In this document: positions 27,728-38,668 of the stretch, in pieces
How positions within the stretch are numbered: the stretch's first letter is position 1
Layout of the letters: each line of letters begins with the position of its first letter
From: an uncultured Fibrobacterota bacterium
GTDB lineage: Bacteria; Fibrobacterota; Chitinivibrionia; Chitinivibrionales; FEN-1185
NCBI GenBank assembly: GCA_963729895.1
Contig: CAVSQB010000009.1
Span: forward strand, 137,565 to 201,564
Length of the DNA stretch: 64,000 nt
Direction of reading: 5' to 3'
Program-made: the position numbers and the translations under genes
The notes under the pieces: generated by a model
Told to the model about the DNA's origin: nothing
The model's database searches: none
The model's input: only the letters and a program-made list of their open reading frames with translations

Positions 27728-30382
27728 TTACCGTTTTTCGTGAGATAGTGCGATACGGGATTTCAGCACGCTCAGGTAGGGATCATTGGAGCCCAAACCG
27801 ACAGCCTCATTTAATTTCACAAGAGCGATTGAATCCTTGCCCTGCCTGATCAGGTTTTCGGCAAATGAAATCTTCTCTTTGCAGGCAAGGACAGACGCAT
27901 CCGGGAAATGTGGCAAGACAGCAAGGATTGAATCGTATTTCGAATCGGCAGCGGGAAGATCTCCGGCACGCTCCATGCATTGCGCCAGGAGGAGCGCAAA
28001 AAATGTCTTCTTATAGCATGCAAGCGTGTCCTGTTCCGACTGGTCGAGTACACTATAATGCAATGGCGTCGGCATGGTTGTAAGTGCAGCCCATACCTGT
28101 TGATGGTTCTGCGCATCTAACAGCCGAGGCGAAGAAAACTCCACCGTAGGATGGTCATAGGTATTGCCGGGGGCTTTGCTGCAAATACCTCGAACAGCCT
28201 CTGTTTCCATGATACAGGTTGACAGCACAAAATACGGATCGTCAAAACCAACGCTGCCAAGAGCGGCGGTGTTGCAATGGCCTATGTGTTTTCTTATTTC
28301 TTCAACGTCAAGGTCGATCGGCGACAGAGATGCCACAAGCGCACAATATGCCCTATCCGGATCGGTGTCGGCAAGCCAGAGATGAAGGTATGGAAACTCA
28401 TCCGCAAAGCTTTTTACCGCGCTTGTGAAATCAACCCACCCCATCTGCTGAAGCGGGAACCATTGGACCAAGACCCCATTTTCCCGCAAAAGTTTGCGGC
28501 AAGCCTCCACGTGCTCCCGGCTGTACAAGTTGCCCGTTCCGGCGCTTGCAACCTGAAACAGGTCCTGAATGATAAGATCGTATTTTTGCGATGAGGATTT
28601 GATAAAGCTGCGTCCGTCATCGATATGAAGGTGCACCCGCGGATCCTTGTACACCGCACCGTTTTCGGCGTCAAAAAAATGTATAGTCTTGAGCAGCGAC
28701 GGCACTATTTCCACGCAATCTATTCGATTGACGGGATGCGATGCAACTGCGGATAGGGTGACGCCGGTTGCCATTCCCACAACAAGCACATCATGCGGGT
28801 TCTTGTGCACCAGCACCCCAAGATGTCCTTCTCGCCGCTGAACAAGCAACGCATGCGGATCGGTTCCACCCTCCGAATAGACGTTGTTGACAAGAAGCAT
28901 TTTGTAGTCCTGCCCTTCAAGCCTTCCCTGCCATACCCCGACGTTGGCAACACTGTCTTCGGTATGAAACAGCAGGCGGAAATCACGCGCAAAAGACCAA
29001 TATCCATACAGGTCTTTCGGCGAAAGAAACGCGCAGATTACGCAGAGAGCAAGAAAAGCAATTGCAGGAACAACAGCCCGACGTTTTCCTGCAATAGCAA
29101 GCGCCCAAACCATGATCAGCAAGTTTGCAATAAGCAGAAGAACAACGGTAGTTCGTACACCAACTGCGGAAACAAGCGCAAATCCCACGATGATGCAACC
29201 AAGTATGGAGCCGGCGGTGTTGAATCCGTACATCATACCAACCTGAGTGCCGGAGTCTTTCTCATTCTTTGCTGCCTGGAGTATAAAGGGAAATACCGCC
29301 CCCATGCACATGGTGGGCAGAAAAATGAAAGTGGCGGCAACGGTTATTGCCGCTGCAATAGAGGCAGCCCAAGGGGATAGCCCGAACGAATGAACCAGCC
29401 AGGGATAAAACTTTGGAATGAGCCGGGCTGTATGCAAAAAGGCCACTGCGGAACCGGCAATAGATCCTTCGCACAAAACAATAAGAAGAGTGGCGTTGCG
29501 GTGCCGCTTCGCAAGCCACCCGCCGATTGCGGAGCCTATCCCCGAGCCAAAAAGAAAAACGATCACCACCGCCGAAAATGCATACGTGGACGCGGCAAAC
29601 GTCTGTATAAATGTTCGTATCCATACGATCTCGTAGCCAAGTCCACACGCTCCATGGGCGGCAAATAATACATAAAACCAGATAACAGGGCGATCCGATA
29701 TGCCCGATAAAGCAGATGCGCGAGAAGCAAGAAAGTGGTCGGCTTTTTCTCTAAATGCCCACACGAGTGCGATCAAGGCGATAAGAAAATTGATCGAAGC
29801 CCCGATACATACTGTCGCATGCAATCCGAACAGTTTGATCCAAACGAAACCGGCAAGCAACGCTCCCGCCACCCCGCCCAAAGTGTTTGCCGCGTACGCA
29901 ATTCCCATCCAATAGGAATTCTCATTTGTGTATTTTGCAATCCATCGCGCCATAACAGGCATTGTGGCGCCCATCACAACGCACGGGACCAGGTAGAACA
30001 GGAGCGATACGCCGACGCCCAGGCTGAAGCGAGCCGCCGTATTATCCAGCGCAAAGGGTGCAGCGGCTACATACAACTTGTCTATTGCGGAAAACAAAAC
30101 CGGAGAAAGCAGGACCCAAAGTCCTAGAACACCTTGGATTATTCCGAACTGGCGTGCAACGTTGTTTGCCTTCAACATTCTACTAAAGACAAAACTGCCG
30201 ATCATCATCCCGCAGAAGAAGGCTATCAGCACCGCATTGATCGCAACGATGGATGAACCGATACAGTTTTGGAGCTGGCGGGACCAAGAAATTTGATATG
30301 CGAGCCCGGAAATACCTGAGAGAAAAAATAAAAAGCAAAGGGCTGCAATTCGGATTGTGTTCTGCCTGGCAGGCTCACTCAT
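27728..30382 (-). CDS. Fused MFS-like membrane domain / spermidine-synthase-like SAM-binding domain protein with TPR-like tail
   Basis: About 13 TM segments with repeated YQ/YEI.W.R and MGA..P, NT.G motifs; VLVVGMATG, DCVEI, DDGR.F, YDLIIQD. Confidence 0.85.
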   Translation of the reverse strand: MSEPARQNTIRIAALCFLFFLSGISGLAYQISWSRQLQNCIGSSIVAINAVLIAFFCGMMIGSFVFSRMLKANNVARQFGIIQGVLGLWVLLSPVLFSAIDKLYVAAAPFALDNTAARFSLGVGVSLLFYLVPCVVMGATMPVMARWIAKYTNENSYWMGIAYAANTLGGVAGALLAGFVWIKLFGLHATVCIGASINFLIALIALVWAFREKADHFLASRASALSGISDRPVIWFYVLFAAHGACGLGYEIVWIRTFIQTFAASTYAFSAVVIVFLFGSGIGSAIGGWLAKRHRNATLLIVLCEGSIAGSAVAFLHTARLIPKFYPWLVHSFGLSPWAASIAAAITVAATFIFLPTMCMGAVFPFILQAAKNEKDSGTQVGMMYGFNTAGSILGCIIVGFALVSAVGVRTTVVLLLIANLLIMVWALAIAGKRRAVVPAIAFLALCVICAFLSPKDLYGYWSFARDFRLLFHTEDSVANVGVWQGRLEGQDYKMLLVNNVYSEGGTDPHALLVQRREGHLGVLVHKNPHDVLVVGMATGVTLSAVASHPVNRIDCVEIVPSLLKTIHFFDAENGAVYKDPRVHLHIDDGRSFIKSSSQKYDLIIQDLFQVASAGTGNLYSREHVEACRKLLRENGVLVQWFPLQQMGWVDFTSAVKSFADEFPYLHLWLADTDPDRAYCALVASLSPIDLDVEEIRKHIGHCNTAALGSVGFDDPYFVLSTCIMETEAVRGICSKAPGNTYDHPTVEFSSPRLLDAQNHQQVWAALTTMPTPLHYSVLDQSEQDTLACYKKTFFALLLAQCMERAGDLPAADSKYDSILAVLPHFPDASVLACKEKISFAENLIRQGKDSIALVKLNEAVGLGSNDPYLSVLKSRIALSHEKR

Positions 30383-30503
30383 GATAGGAAAATACTTTGA
30401 TGGGCGGAGTATTGAAGATATTTTGGCTTCTTGCCACCTTGGGAAGAAAAATATGCGTCATCGCCCTATCTTGACAAAATGCCTTTGGCGCAAGCATAAA
30501 CAA

Positions 30504-30532
30504 AAGGGAAGCTCCAAAGAAGAGCTTCCCTT
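30504..30532 (-). terminator. Intrinsic terminator after the ThuA-domain gene
   Basis: AAGGGAAGCTC...GAGCTTCCCTT stem with T-tract on the minus strand. Confidence 0.65.
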
Positions 30533-30568
30533 CAACTATCGCACAAATACTGGATACGGTAAAAAGCC

Positions 30569-31606
30569 TCACCGACCTATGGTGAATTGTTGAACCGAGC
30601 GTCCCGATCCATCCATGAGGCGAACGACATGGCAGCCGGCCGGCATGGCATTCTGCGCCTCCGCAAGACTTCTCACCGATCTTGATGCCACGAGTTGTCC
30701 GGATAGGTTGTAAATATTCAGGCGCGTCGGCTCATTAAAATTCCATTTTGCAAAACTTTGCAACCCCTTTGAATTTGGAAGATTTTGCTGGGTCTCCGTG
30801 CCGCAGGGGCCTTGAAGCTGAGGCAACTTTTGACCGCACCATTGCAAAGCGTCCCAGATCGTGGAGTCCATTGTCGCCTCATAAAAAGTGGTTGACTGAT
30901 GTCCACGACTCGAATAAAACATTCTCCCCCCGCAAGGAAAAGTCTTGCAGTACGCAACGGGGTGATCCGGACCCATTGCCGTGCCGCCGTACGATGCTTC
31001 ATTGACATATTGGATCATGCGATACGTAGTATCTTTTCTCGGATCAGGAGTCAGATTATACCATTCCTCCGTGGTCCAGAAGGTATCCGGCACATTGTTG
31101 AAAAAGACCTTAAATGTGTCGTTCTGCGCCAATCTATAGTTGACGTACATTTCTCCGTTTGCAACACCGCCATGATTCAAAAAGTCGGAGCCGATCAGGG
31201 AATCGATATACCACGTCCACGTGGCATGGGTAGCCCCTGCGCCATGCCAACCGATATAGCTCCCGCCATCGAGTTCAACGTAATCATGCAATGCCTGCTG
31301 CTCGGCCGCGTCAAGAGTTGTGCCGGCATATGAGGTCTGGTTAAAAATAACCACATCGTACTGCTGGAGATTAGCCGTGGTGATTGGCAACGGGTTCTTA
31401 GTGATGGTGAGTTGAAAACCATATTTGGCGGATAGATGTTTTAACATGGTATCCCCGTCAGCAACCGGATGCCCTACAGGGCCCATGTCCGAAAGATCCA
31501 ACACGCTTTTCAGCCCATTTTGTCTTGGAGATCCCAGAGAAACACCAACACAAAACACTGTCAGCATTAGGCCAGCAACGATGCCCCAGGATTTAAGCTT
31601 GTGCAT
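30569..31606 (-). CDS. Secreted ThuA-like domain protein with CTD-like tail
   Basis: LQQYDVVIF, GGSYIGWH, EEWY, MG.DHPVAY, GRMFYSSRGH; IYNLSGQLV C-terminal module. Confidence 0.85.
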   Translation of the reverse strand: MHKLKSWGIVAGLMLTVFCVGVSLGSPRQNGLKSVLDLSDMGPVGHPVADGDTMLKHLSAKYGFQLTITKNPLPITTANLQQYDVVIFNQTSYAGTTLDAAEQQALHDYVELDGGSYIGWHGAGATHATWTWYIDSLIGSDFLNHGGVANGEMYVNYRLAQNDTFKVFFNNVPDTFWTTEEWYNLTPDPRKDTTYRMIQYVNEASYGGTAMGPDHPVAYCKTFPCGGRMFYSSRGHQSTTFYEATMDSTIWDALQWCGQKLPQLQGPCGTETQQNLPNSKGLQSFAKWNFNEPTRLNIYNLSGQLVASRSVRSLAEAQNAMPAGCHVVRLMDGSGRSVQQFTIGR

Positions 31607-32064
31607 GGCAATCCCCTTTCAAGAGGTTAATTGGATAAAACAACTGTGAGAATCCAGATTCCAAGGCCAATTTAAGCGTTCTTGTTCCACCCCACTGGAA
31701 AACTGGCCAAATAGTTTTCCCTTATAAATAATATACCATTAATTAAGCCAAAATGCTATGGGCAGCCATATTATTTTATTACCTTCGGTAAGATACCTAG
31801 CGTTATGTTTTCGAGGAAAGCATGAACGAAACCTGGAATGCGCTTTCCACAAACAAGCCGAGCCGAACAGGAATCAAACCGCTGAAAAAGCAAAAATGAA
31901 ATACAGACGGTTGCAGCCGGATACAAGGCAATCGTATTGCTGTTGATCTGAGTGATAAGGGGTGTCGCTGCAAGGACAAAAAGAGCGTGCAGAGGCAAGG
32001 CCCGTACTGTATTTTGAGTTATCGGTTCGAAGGGAATTCTCATAATCTTCATAGGAATTGGTTG

Positions 32065-33636
32065 ATGAGTAGCTTATTGCTCAAGACCGGTAAAGTGACC
32101 TTCGTTTCCCTATTATTCGTAATTGTGCCTTTGAATCCTGTTCTTGCCCACAATACCAGCTGGAACAAAGCGTCCATCAGACAAAATGGAAACCAATTAA
32201 CCTTGGAATTGCGGCTGGTTCAGGTTGACCTGCTCGGCGCCGTAGATAAAGGAATAGACAGCGCAAGAGTTCTTAGTGTTAAAGAATGGAACGAATTGCT
32301 GCCTAAAATCAAAAGCTATGTTTTTGACAATATTACACTCAAAATCGACGGCAGTCCGGTAACGAAAGTTGTGGATGAAAGCTGGAAGCTTGAAGACAAC
32401 TCAAACGGGACCGCAGCGGTTGACACTCAGATGCGCGTAATTGAAATCTCCCGGTCATGGAACCTAACCGGCGTCCCGCACAAAGTTGAATTTAAACCCG
32501 ATCTGCTGGGAAATGTTGCGCTGCCGGTCAAATGGGTTGTTGTGCTGGCTGCAGATAACACGAAAGACCGAAGATTATTTGAGGTTATTTCGCGCGGGGA
32601 AACGGCTTATTTCGATTTTGACAAGAGCGCATTCGTCAACCAATCGGGCGAACCCTTATCCGGCACGGACGAAAACACATTATGGGGTAAAATCCTACAA
32701 TTTGTCAAAACAGGCTTCACTGCCATCAGCCTGGAAAAGATATTCAAATCAGGCGAAAATCCCCGGATTCTGATGATCTACCTGTTCCTTGCAATTGTAA
32801 TCGGGGCGCTCCATTCACTTTCCCCCGGACACGGGAAAGCGCTGATTGGAGCATATATTATCGGGAATAGGGGTACTTTTGCCGATGCCGTCACGCTGGG
32901 AGTCGTCACGTCGCTCAGTCACACCGTCAGCGTTCTTATTCTCGGTCTGATTATTTTTGTCGTCTTCAATTCTGTCGTCCCGCCTCAGATCTCTATGTAT
33001 CTCAACATCGCATCAGGTTCGATCATCATCATCATCGGTGGTTTCATGTTCAGAAAGCGTCTGCTGGAATTAGACCATTTGAATCACGCCCATCATCACA
33101 GCCATTTTCACGATCACCCCCGGCATTCGCATGATCATAATGAGGCACACGGTCATTCGCACGACGACCATAATGACAACGGGCATTCACATCATGAACG
33201 CGACGAGCTCCACCATTTTCACCATGATCATGACGTACACGAACATTCGCATGACGAACATGAATATTCGCGCGGACACGACCACTCGCATGGACATCAG
33301 CACATTACGATGGAATCGGTACGGAAGAAAAGTTTTATGACAAATGTAATTATGGGGATTTCCGGCGGCATGGTTCCCTGCCCAACGGCACTGGTTGTTC
33401 TTTTCCTTGCCGTTTCGGTCAAGAAAGTAGCTCTGGGTTTACTGCTGATCGTGTTCTTTAGTTTTGGTCTGGCCGCAACGTTGACCATCTTAGGAATTCT
33501 TTTTGTAAAGGGTTCCTCGCTCATCAACAGGTACGATAACAACAAATTCATACCTAAACTGCCTGTTCTCAGTTCGGTAATAATTATGCTTCTCGGCGCG
33601 GCAATCGTGATCAGGGCGATGCTTGCGCAGGTATGA
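32065..33636 (+). CDS. Ni/Co transporter (RcnA/NicO-like) with an N-terminal extracytoplasmic domain and a long His-rich loop
   Basis: GALHSLSPGHGKA, SHT, GMVPCPTA, FSFGLA; His-rich insert; N-terminal signal ending VLA-HN. Confidence 0.85.
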   Translation: MSSLLLKTGKVTFVSLLFVIVPLNPVLAHNTSWNKASIRQNGNQLTLELRLVQVDLLGAVDKGIDSARVLSVKEWNELLPKIKSYVFDNITLKIDGSPVTKVVDESWKLEDNSNGTAAVDTQMRVIEISRSWNLTGVPHKVEFKPDLLGNVALPVKWVVVLAADNTKDRRLFEVISRGETAYFDFDKSAFVNQSGEPLSGTDENTLWGKILQFVKTGFTAISLEKIFKSGENPRILMIYLFLAIVIGALHSLSPGHGKALIGAYIIGNRGTFADAVTLGVVTSLSHTVSVLILGLIIFVVFNSVVPPQISMYLNIASGSIIIIIGGFMFRKRLLELDHLNHAHHHSHFHDHPRHSHDHNEAHGHSHDDHNDNGHSHHERDELHHFHHDHDVHEHSHDEHEYSRGHDHSHGHQHITMESVRKKSFMTNVIMGISGGMVPCPTALVVLFLAVSVKKVALGLLLIVFFSFGLAATLTILGILFVKGSSLINRYDNNKFIPKLPVLSSVIIMLLGAAIVIRAMLAQV

Positions 33637-33683
33637 GAGCAGCCCCGGCATGAGTATTCCTCTCCGCCAATCCACGTAGCGCG

Positions 33684-35432
33684 TCAATCCGGCAGCTTGG
33701 CAAAACGATAGGTTAGAGTTGCGCCCAAACTAAAATTTCCGTGCCTTCTCGCAAGAACAGACTGACGAAGAATTGGACTATCGTAAAACGCAAAAGCATA
33801 GGCTGCCTGGATTCTGAGGGTATTGGCAAGCTCAAGAGCTACAAAGGGGGTGATTATGTGCGTATTGACCGCCTCTCGTTCCCACTTTGCCGGATCAGTG
33901 TCATCGAAAGCGAAATTGTTGCCGCCGGGGTCTTGCGTGGTATAGTCGTTGACCACCGGCTTGATCTCGAAAATATTGGAATGGGCGTTAGGATTGAAAT
34001 AGTGAAATTCATCATAGCGCGCTCCGACACGAAGGTACTTTGCAACAGGGTACGAAATTCGAAGCGCACACTTTATTGATTTAAAATCCTGCGCTGTGAG
34101 AGTGAGCGTGTCCTTGTTGCCGCCTGTTCGCAAAATTCCGGCCGAGTCCAGGTACAAATAGGTATTGTCGAATCCATAAGTGACGGCGTTTTTTTCCGGC
34201 ATGCGCCATGACCCTGCAATCCCTCCGTCAACGGTCAGTTTCCTCCATCGCCAATTCATCCAATACATGCCATACAAGATGGCGCTTCCATCCATTGAGA
34301 AATTGGGTATCATTTCATCATAATTCCAGGCATCAATAACGGCGCCGGCTTTGGTGCTCGGCCTGTTAACGTAATCGGGTGCTCCGCCGGCCATAAAGAC
34401 ACTGCCACGACCATAGGCAAGAATTGCATTTTGGACGAGGCCCTTTGTGTTGAGAACCAGTTCAGTTCCGATGTGCCAACCGCTGGTTTGAGGCAAGGCG
34501 TAGGTTTTTGTTATGTTTGCATTTCCAGGCAGGACGAGAATATTCGGGTTGGGAACACTGACCTGGCTTGAATCCGCCGGAGTTTCCTGAAAACCCCCGA
34601 TTAGTTTCAGGCCGAAGATTCTTTTATACCCAAACTGAGCCCGCAGCAAAAGATGATTGAGGTTTCGTGTGTCTTCCACATTTGCGAACAAGTACCCTTG
34701 ATTGCCGGTTGTGTCATTGAACCAGACAGTCCTGCCGAGAAACTGCTGACCTGCCGCAACTTCCCAGGAAAAGAAATACGTCTGCCGGATGTCGTACCCG
34801 TAATTCAGGGCCAATCCGTTAAAATTGTAGTTCTCCAACGGCATTTGATCAAAAATCGAGCAATAGGACCCCGAAATATTGATTTGACCTATTTCTCCGG
34901 AAAAACCTTTGATGAAAGGAGGGGCCCACTTCATCTCCAAAGAGCCAAGCTGAACGTAACTGGTTACACTTTGTGCATTCTGGGCGAGATTATCCAGATT
35001 ACAATCCAGGGTCATGCTTCCCCAAAGATCGGGCAAGAAGCGATAGCGTATTCTCGTGCTCACCGTGTTTCCCTGCCAGATAGGTGTGTATCCGAAATCA
35101 CTTTGGAAGATTCGATCATCGGCTCTAATGGGGGCAGGGCTCTGGCCGGTGGACTGCAAATAAAGGAAAGAATTGTAGACATTTGAGATGCTCCCTCCCG
35201 GCCCCAGCGGTTCGCCCCCTTGCAAATCCTCGCTGAGCGAATAGCCCAAGTTAGCAAACACGTCGATAGCCGCTCTCACGGAATCGTTGAGATCATAGAT
35301 CGATGCGCCGGAAAAACTTCGACCGGCCCCCGATCCGCCGAACGCACCTCCCTGCCCGCCGATGGAGGTATGAGCAGATCCTCCGTGCCGGGCTGCGAGC
35401 AAAAGGAGACAAAAGATTACGGCTTTTCTCAT
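33684..35432 (-). CDS. Hypothetical outer-membrane beta-barrel protein
   Basis: Signal peptide, amphipathic strands, near-terminal GATLTYRF; 582 aa. Confidence 0.6.
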   Translation of the reverse strand: MRKAVIFCLLLLAARHGGSAHTSIGGQGGAFGGSGAGRSFSGASIYDLNDSVRAAIDVFANLGYSLSEDLQGGEPLGPGGSISNVYNSFLYLQSTGQSPAPIRADDRIFQSDFGYTPIWQGNTVSTRIRYRFLPDLWGSMTLDCNLDNLAQNAQSVTSYVQLGSLEMKWAPPFIKGFSGEIGQINISGSYCSIFDQMPLENYNFNGLALNYGYDIRQTYFFSWEVAAGQQFLGRTVWFNDTTGNQGYLFANVEDTRNLNHLLLRAQFGYKRIFGLKLIGGFQETPADSSQVSVPNPNILVLPGNANITKTYALPQTSGWHIGTELVLNTKGLVQNAILAYGRGSVFMAGGAPDYVNRPSTKAGAVIDAWNYDEMIPNFSMDGSAILYGMYWMNWRWRKLTVDGGIAGSWRMPEKNAVTYGFDNTYLYLDSAGILRTGGNKDTLTLTAQDFKSIKCALRISYPVAKYLRVGARYDEFHYFNPNAHSNIFEIKPVVNDYTTQDPGGNNFAFDDTDPAKWEREAVNTHIITPFVALELANTLRIQAAYAFAFYDSPILRQSVLARRHGNFSLGATLTYRFAKLPD

Positions 35433-35571
35433 CTGTATTTACCTGTTCTAAAATCAACAGCTTGACGCAAAGACCCAGGGGAAGGGTGACATCAGGAAAC
35501 ATCCGTGCCGGGCCGTCAAACCTTTGGCGTACTTGACAAAAGAGCGAACACTGCCGGGAACGGCGATCTTC

Positions 35572-36549
35572 TTACTTGAGGAGAATCGTATCTTTCTTCG
35601 CCTTTTCCTTTTCGTGCTCTTTATAGTAAAAATAACCCAGCATTTCCGTTTCCGATCTTTTCAGTTCGTCGGCCAACCAAACCAAATCCTGTGCGCTAAC
35701 CGCAAATTCTCCAAGGTCAAAATACTGATGTATCTTGGAGGTCTTGTTCTTCAGTTTGTCCACCTTTTCAAAAACCACGTTCCAAACTTTAGTCCCCATG
35801 CTATCGGGAGTAATCTCGAATTTGAGCACATATTTCTGAAAAGAAGTGTCGTCCCACGAAAATGAAAGCGAGGTGACGTTGCCCAGGAAGGTGCTGTCTT
35901 TCCGAGTCGTTGAAGGACCGATGTTTCTCAAATCAATTCGGGGTCCTACCGATAGCCGCTGCGATGGAAAAGATCCGGACAAATTGCCGGTATCAATCAG
36001 CAAAGTCCCCCTGGAGCCGGAACGCGCCGAAAGGCTGTCATTGCCGGGTGACATAGTGTACTCAGTTGAACCCATGTTCCTTTTCACTGATGTTGAATCT
36101 GGTTTCCCGGGATGGGCTACCAGACTGTCGATATTATCAAGGGACAACAGGCGTAATTCATTATAAAGCGAATAGATGATCTTCAAATGGGGATGAACCC
36201 TGTCAAAGTTGAATTCCTCCATATCATCATTCATTGCGCGTAAAACCGCATTCAGGGCTTCGAAAATCTCCTCAGGGGTTCTCTTTTTGAAGCTCTCTTT
36301 TTCAATCGGGCTCGCAGTGGCAGGAGTCAAGGATATCTGTGATTTGGGAGTCTCTCCTGAATTACTCTTTTGCGCTTCGGAGAACACAGGGTATAACAAA
36401 AATAAAAGGATCCCCGAGAAGGTTTTGTAGGACCGGACAAAATTGAACGTAAACGAAGTTGTTTTTCTCAACAATCTGTCATTCCGACTAACTGACGCGC
36501 AGTTGCCTTTTCTCGGATGGGGCCGAGCGTATGCAGAAACCTTGCTCAT
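35572..36549 (-). CDS. Hypothetical exported protein (start uncertain)
   Basis: 325-aa ORF with a signal-like segment GILLFLLYPVFSEAQ; no recognised motif. Confidence 0.5.
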   Translation of the reverse strand: MSKVSAYARPHPRKGNCASVSRNDRLLRKTTSFTFNFVRSYKTFSGILLFLLYPVFSEAQKSNSGETPKSQISLTPATASPIEKESFKKRTPEEIFEALNAVLRAMNDDMEEFNFDRVHPHLKIIYSLYNELRLLSLDNIDSLVAHPGKPDSTSVKRNMGSTEYTMSPGNDSLSARSGSRGTLLIDTGNLSGSFPSQRLSVGPRIDLRNIGPSTTRKDSTFLGNVTSLSFSWDDTSFQKYVLKFEITPDSMGTKVWNVVFEKVDKLKNKTSKIHQYFDLGEFAVSAQDLVWLADELKRSETEMLGYFYYKEHEKEKAKKDTILLK

Positions 36550-37186
36550 GCTCTATCTTTGTCCTGCTGCCATGGTTCTGATGAATCATTCTCTTCGGGA
36601 CCCCTACCCTAAAAGGCTATCTGGGGACAAGAATCTGGAAAGACGGCGGGGAAGTCTCTCTGTTGCCCATGATGGCCTGGCCTTGCCCCATTGACGCCTT
36701 CAAATGGTAGTAAATCATTCAAATCAAGAGATAGTTTTGGTATGAGTAATATACTCATGTTTGTCTAAATTATCAATATTCTTTTCAAAAACCGGACGCC
36801 GCATTTTACAGATTCCTTTCCTTGCAAATGTGCGCTCGTTAAGATGGCTTTCCCCTTGCGCAAAAGACATCCATAGGATGATATTGTCAAGCTATCGACG
36901 GTGCCGGCATTCACCACAAAATAGAGTCACGCGCGGAAAACTATTGCTCTTTATGCACGGCCATATCTTACTTTGAGTAAGAAAATTGTCTTGGAAACGC
37001 AAACGTCCGTTTTTATATTTATCGTTACCAAAGCCCCTATCTCCAAGTCGTGCATTCTTGACAACTAATAGGAAATAACCTTCTGACTTCTTTCGTTGTT
37101 TTCGTTCGGTTTCAACAAACCGCGTGGACCTTAGATTATCTCTTGACTGCAAATCAAGCACTTCAACCTCAAAGGAGGACGTGTAC

Positions 37187-38668
37187 ATGAAACGTTTTGC
37201 CGGTATTCTACTATGCGTTTCTTTGGCATGTGCGGTTTTTGGCCAGTCTGCACCCGACTCATCTGTCATTGACCGTAAACCGCTTCAGGCTGCACCCGAC
37301 ACGGCCGTCATCGAGCGCAAGCCGCTCAAAATTGCTTCGGGCCTTGACGAAGGCCAGATCGTTTCAGGACAATCTAACTACCTGAACCAACAGTACGGCC
37401 TTAGACAATGGATTTCCCGGCTTAATGTGTTTCTAAACCAGGAAGTGGATGTCAACAAGCGCCTGGCATTGAAAGTGGGGGTCGGCGCATTTATCTGGTA
37501 TCCTTTCCCGGAATCACCCACAGATGTATATCTCGTTCCAAAATTCTCTCCCGCAGTTTCCGAAGCCTCCGGAACGTACAAAATCGGCGACATTGACAAT
37601 CCATTGTTTGAATTTCAATTCGGCTATTTTCCTTTCAAATACAACCCGGACGCATACGACATGGGTGAATATTTACTGCGATCGGGATGCTACCCTGGTT
37701 ATCTGGTGAACGGAAGATGGAACATCATCGGTGACAACCTCTACAGGGCCCAGGGAATTCGTTTCAGCAATTATCTGCTCGACAGGACCATACAGCAGCA
37801 TTTTCTTGCAACCATGGAGCACGATTATCCACCTATGTACGATGTATCTCTTTCTTACATCGGAACCGCACAAATTGTCAAGAAGATGATCAATTTCGGA
37901 TTGGGCATTTCTTTTGCCCATCTGATTTCCATGAATGAAGACAAGACAACGCCGAAGAATGCGTATAACCGGTACCTTGGCGACAGCGCCCTTGATGGAA
38001 CCGAAGGTATGAACGGTAATGTGGATACACTCAAAGGCGTTCACTATTTCACCTTTAGAGGCATCAAGCTCATGGGCATGGCCTCATTTGACATCAAACC
38101 GGTGATCCCAACCACTGTGTTCGGCAAGGAGGATCTGAAGCTATTCGTTGAAGCGGCGGTGCTTGGCGTTCAGAATTACCCTTTCTATTATGACGATATC
38201 ACAAAGCGCATTCCTGTTATGTTTGGTTTCAATTTTCCTACATTCAAAATCCTTGATGTCTTGTCGTTTGAATGGGAATGGTATGGGAGCCAATTCGACA
38301 ACAACATGCAGAACTCTCAGAACAGCCAATTTCCGACATGGTACGTTCCAACTCCTAATAATGCTCCAAGAGAATACGACGACACCGCTGCTTTTACAGC
38401 TTCAACCAAACCACCCGGCTTTAACGCTGACGGCGCTACAACCTGGAAGCAGTATTTCTCCCAGGATAATTGGAAGTGGGCGATCTACGCAAAAAAAAGT
38501 CTGGGAAAGGCGGTTACCCTGCAGCTCCAAATGGCCAATGACCATATGCACATGATAACGTACCAAGTGATCCCGGATTATATCGATGTAACGCATGGAG
38601 TGGACAGCCCGCTTAAGATGTTCCAGAAAGACTGGTATTTCGATTTCAAGGTTCAAATTGGAATTTGA
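37187..38668 (+). CDS. Hypothetical outer-membrane protein (Fibrobacterota-type beta-barrel)
   Basis: RBS AAGGAGG; signal peptide; GYFPFKYNPDA..GEYLLRSG.YPG; C-terminal WYFDFKVQIGI. Confidence 0.7.
   Translation: MKRFAGILLCVSLACAVFGQSAPDSSVIDRKPLQAAPDTAVIERKPLKIASGLDEGQIVSGQSNYLNQQYGLRQWISRLNVFLNQEVDVNKRLALKVGVGAFIWYPFPESPTDVYLVPKFSPAVSEASGTYKIGDIDNPLFEFQFGYFPFKYNPDAYDMGEYLLRSGCYPGYLVNGRWNIIGDNLYRAQGIRFSNYLLDRTIQQHFLATMEHDYPPMYDVSLSYIGTAQIVKKMINFGLGISFAHLISMNEDKTTPKNAYNRYLGDSALDGTEGMNGNVDTLKGVHYFTFRGIKLMGMASFDIKPVIPTTVFGKEDLKLFVEAAVLGVQNYPFYYDDITKRIPVMFGFNFPTFKILDVLSFEWEWYGSQFDNNMQNSQNSQFPTWYVPTPNNAPREYDDTAAFTASTKPPGFNADGATTWKQYFSQDNWKWAIYAKKSLGKAVTLQLQMANDHMHMITYQVIPDYIDVTHGVDSPLKMFQKDWYFDFKVQIGI

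Noticed and set aside
35460..35535. GACGCAAAG...GCCGGGCCGTC, similar to the 3' half of a c-di-GMP-I riboswitch
   Set aside because: Lacks the GGCAAAC/GAAA P2 arm and lies on the strand opposite the flanking genes
22765..36650. Shared 16-mer CTGGAAAGAYGGYGGG at 22765 and 36635
   Set aside because: A 14/16 match between two intergenic sites is expected by chance in this much sequence, and there is no third copy
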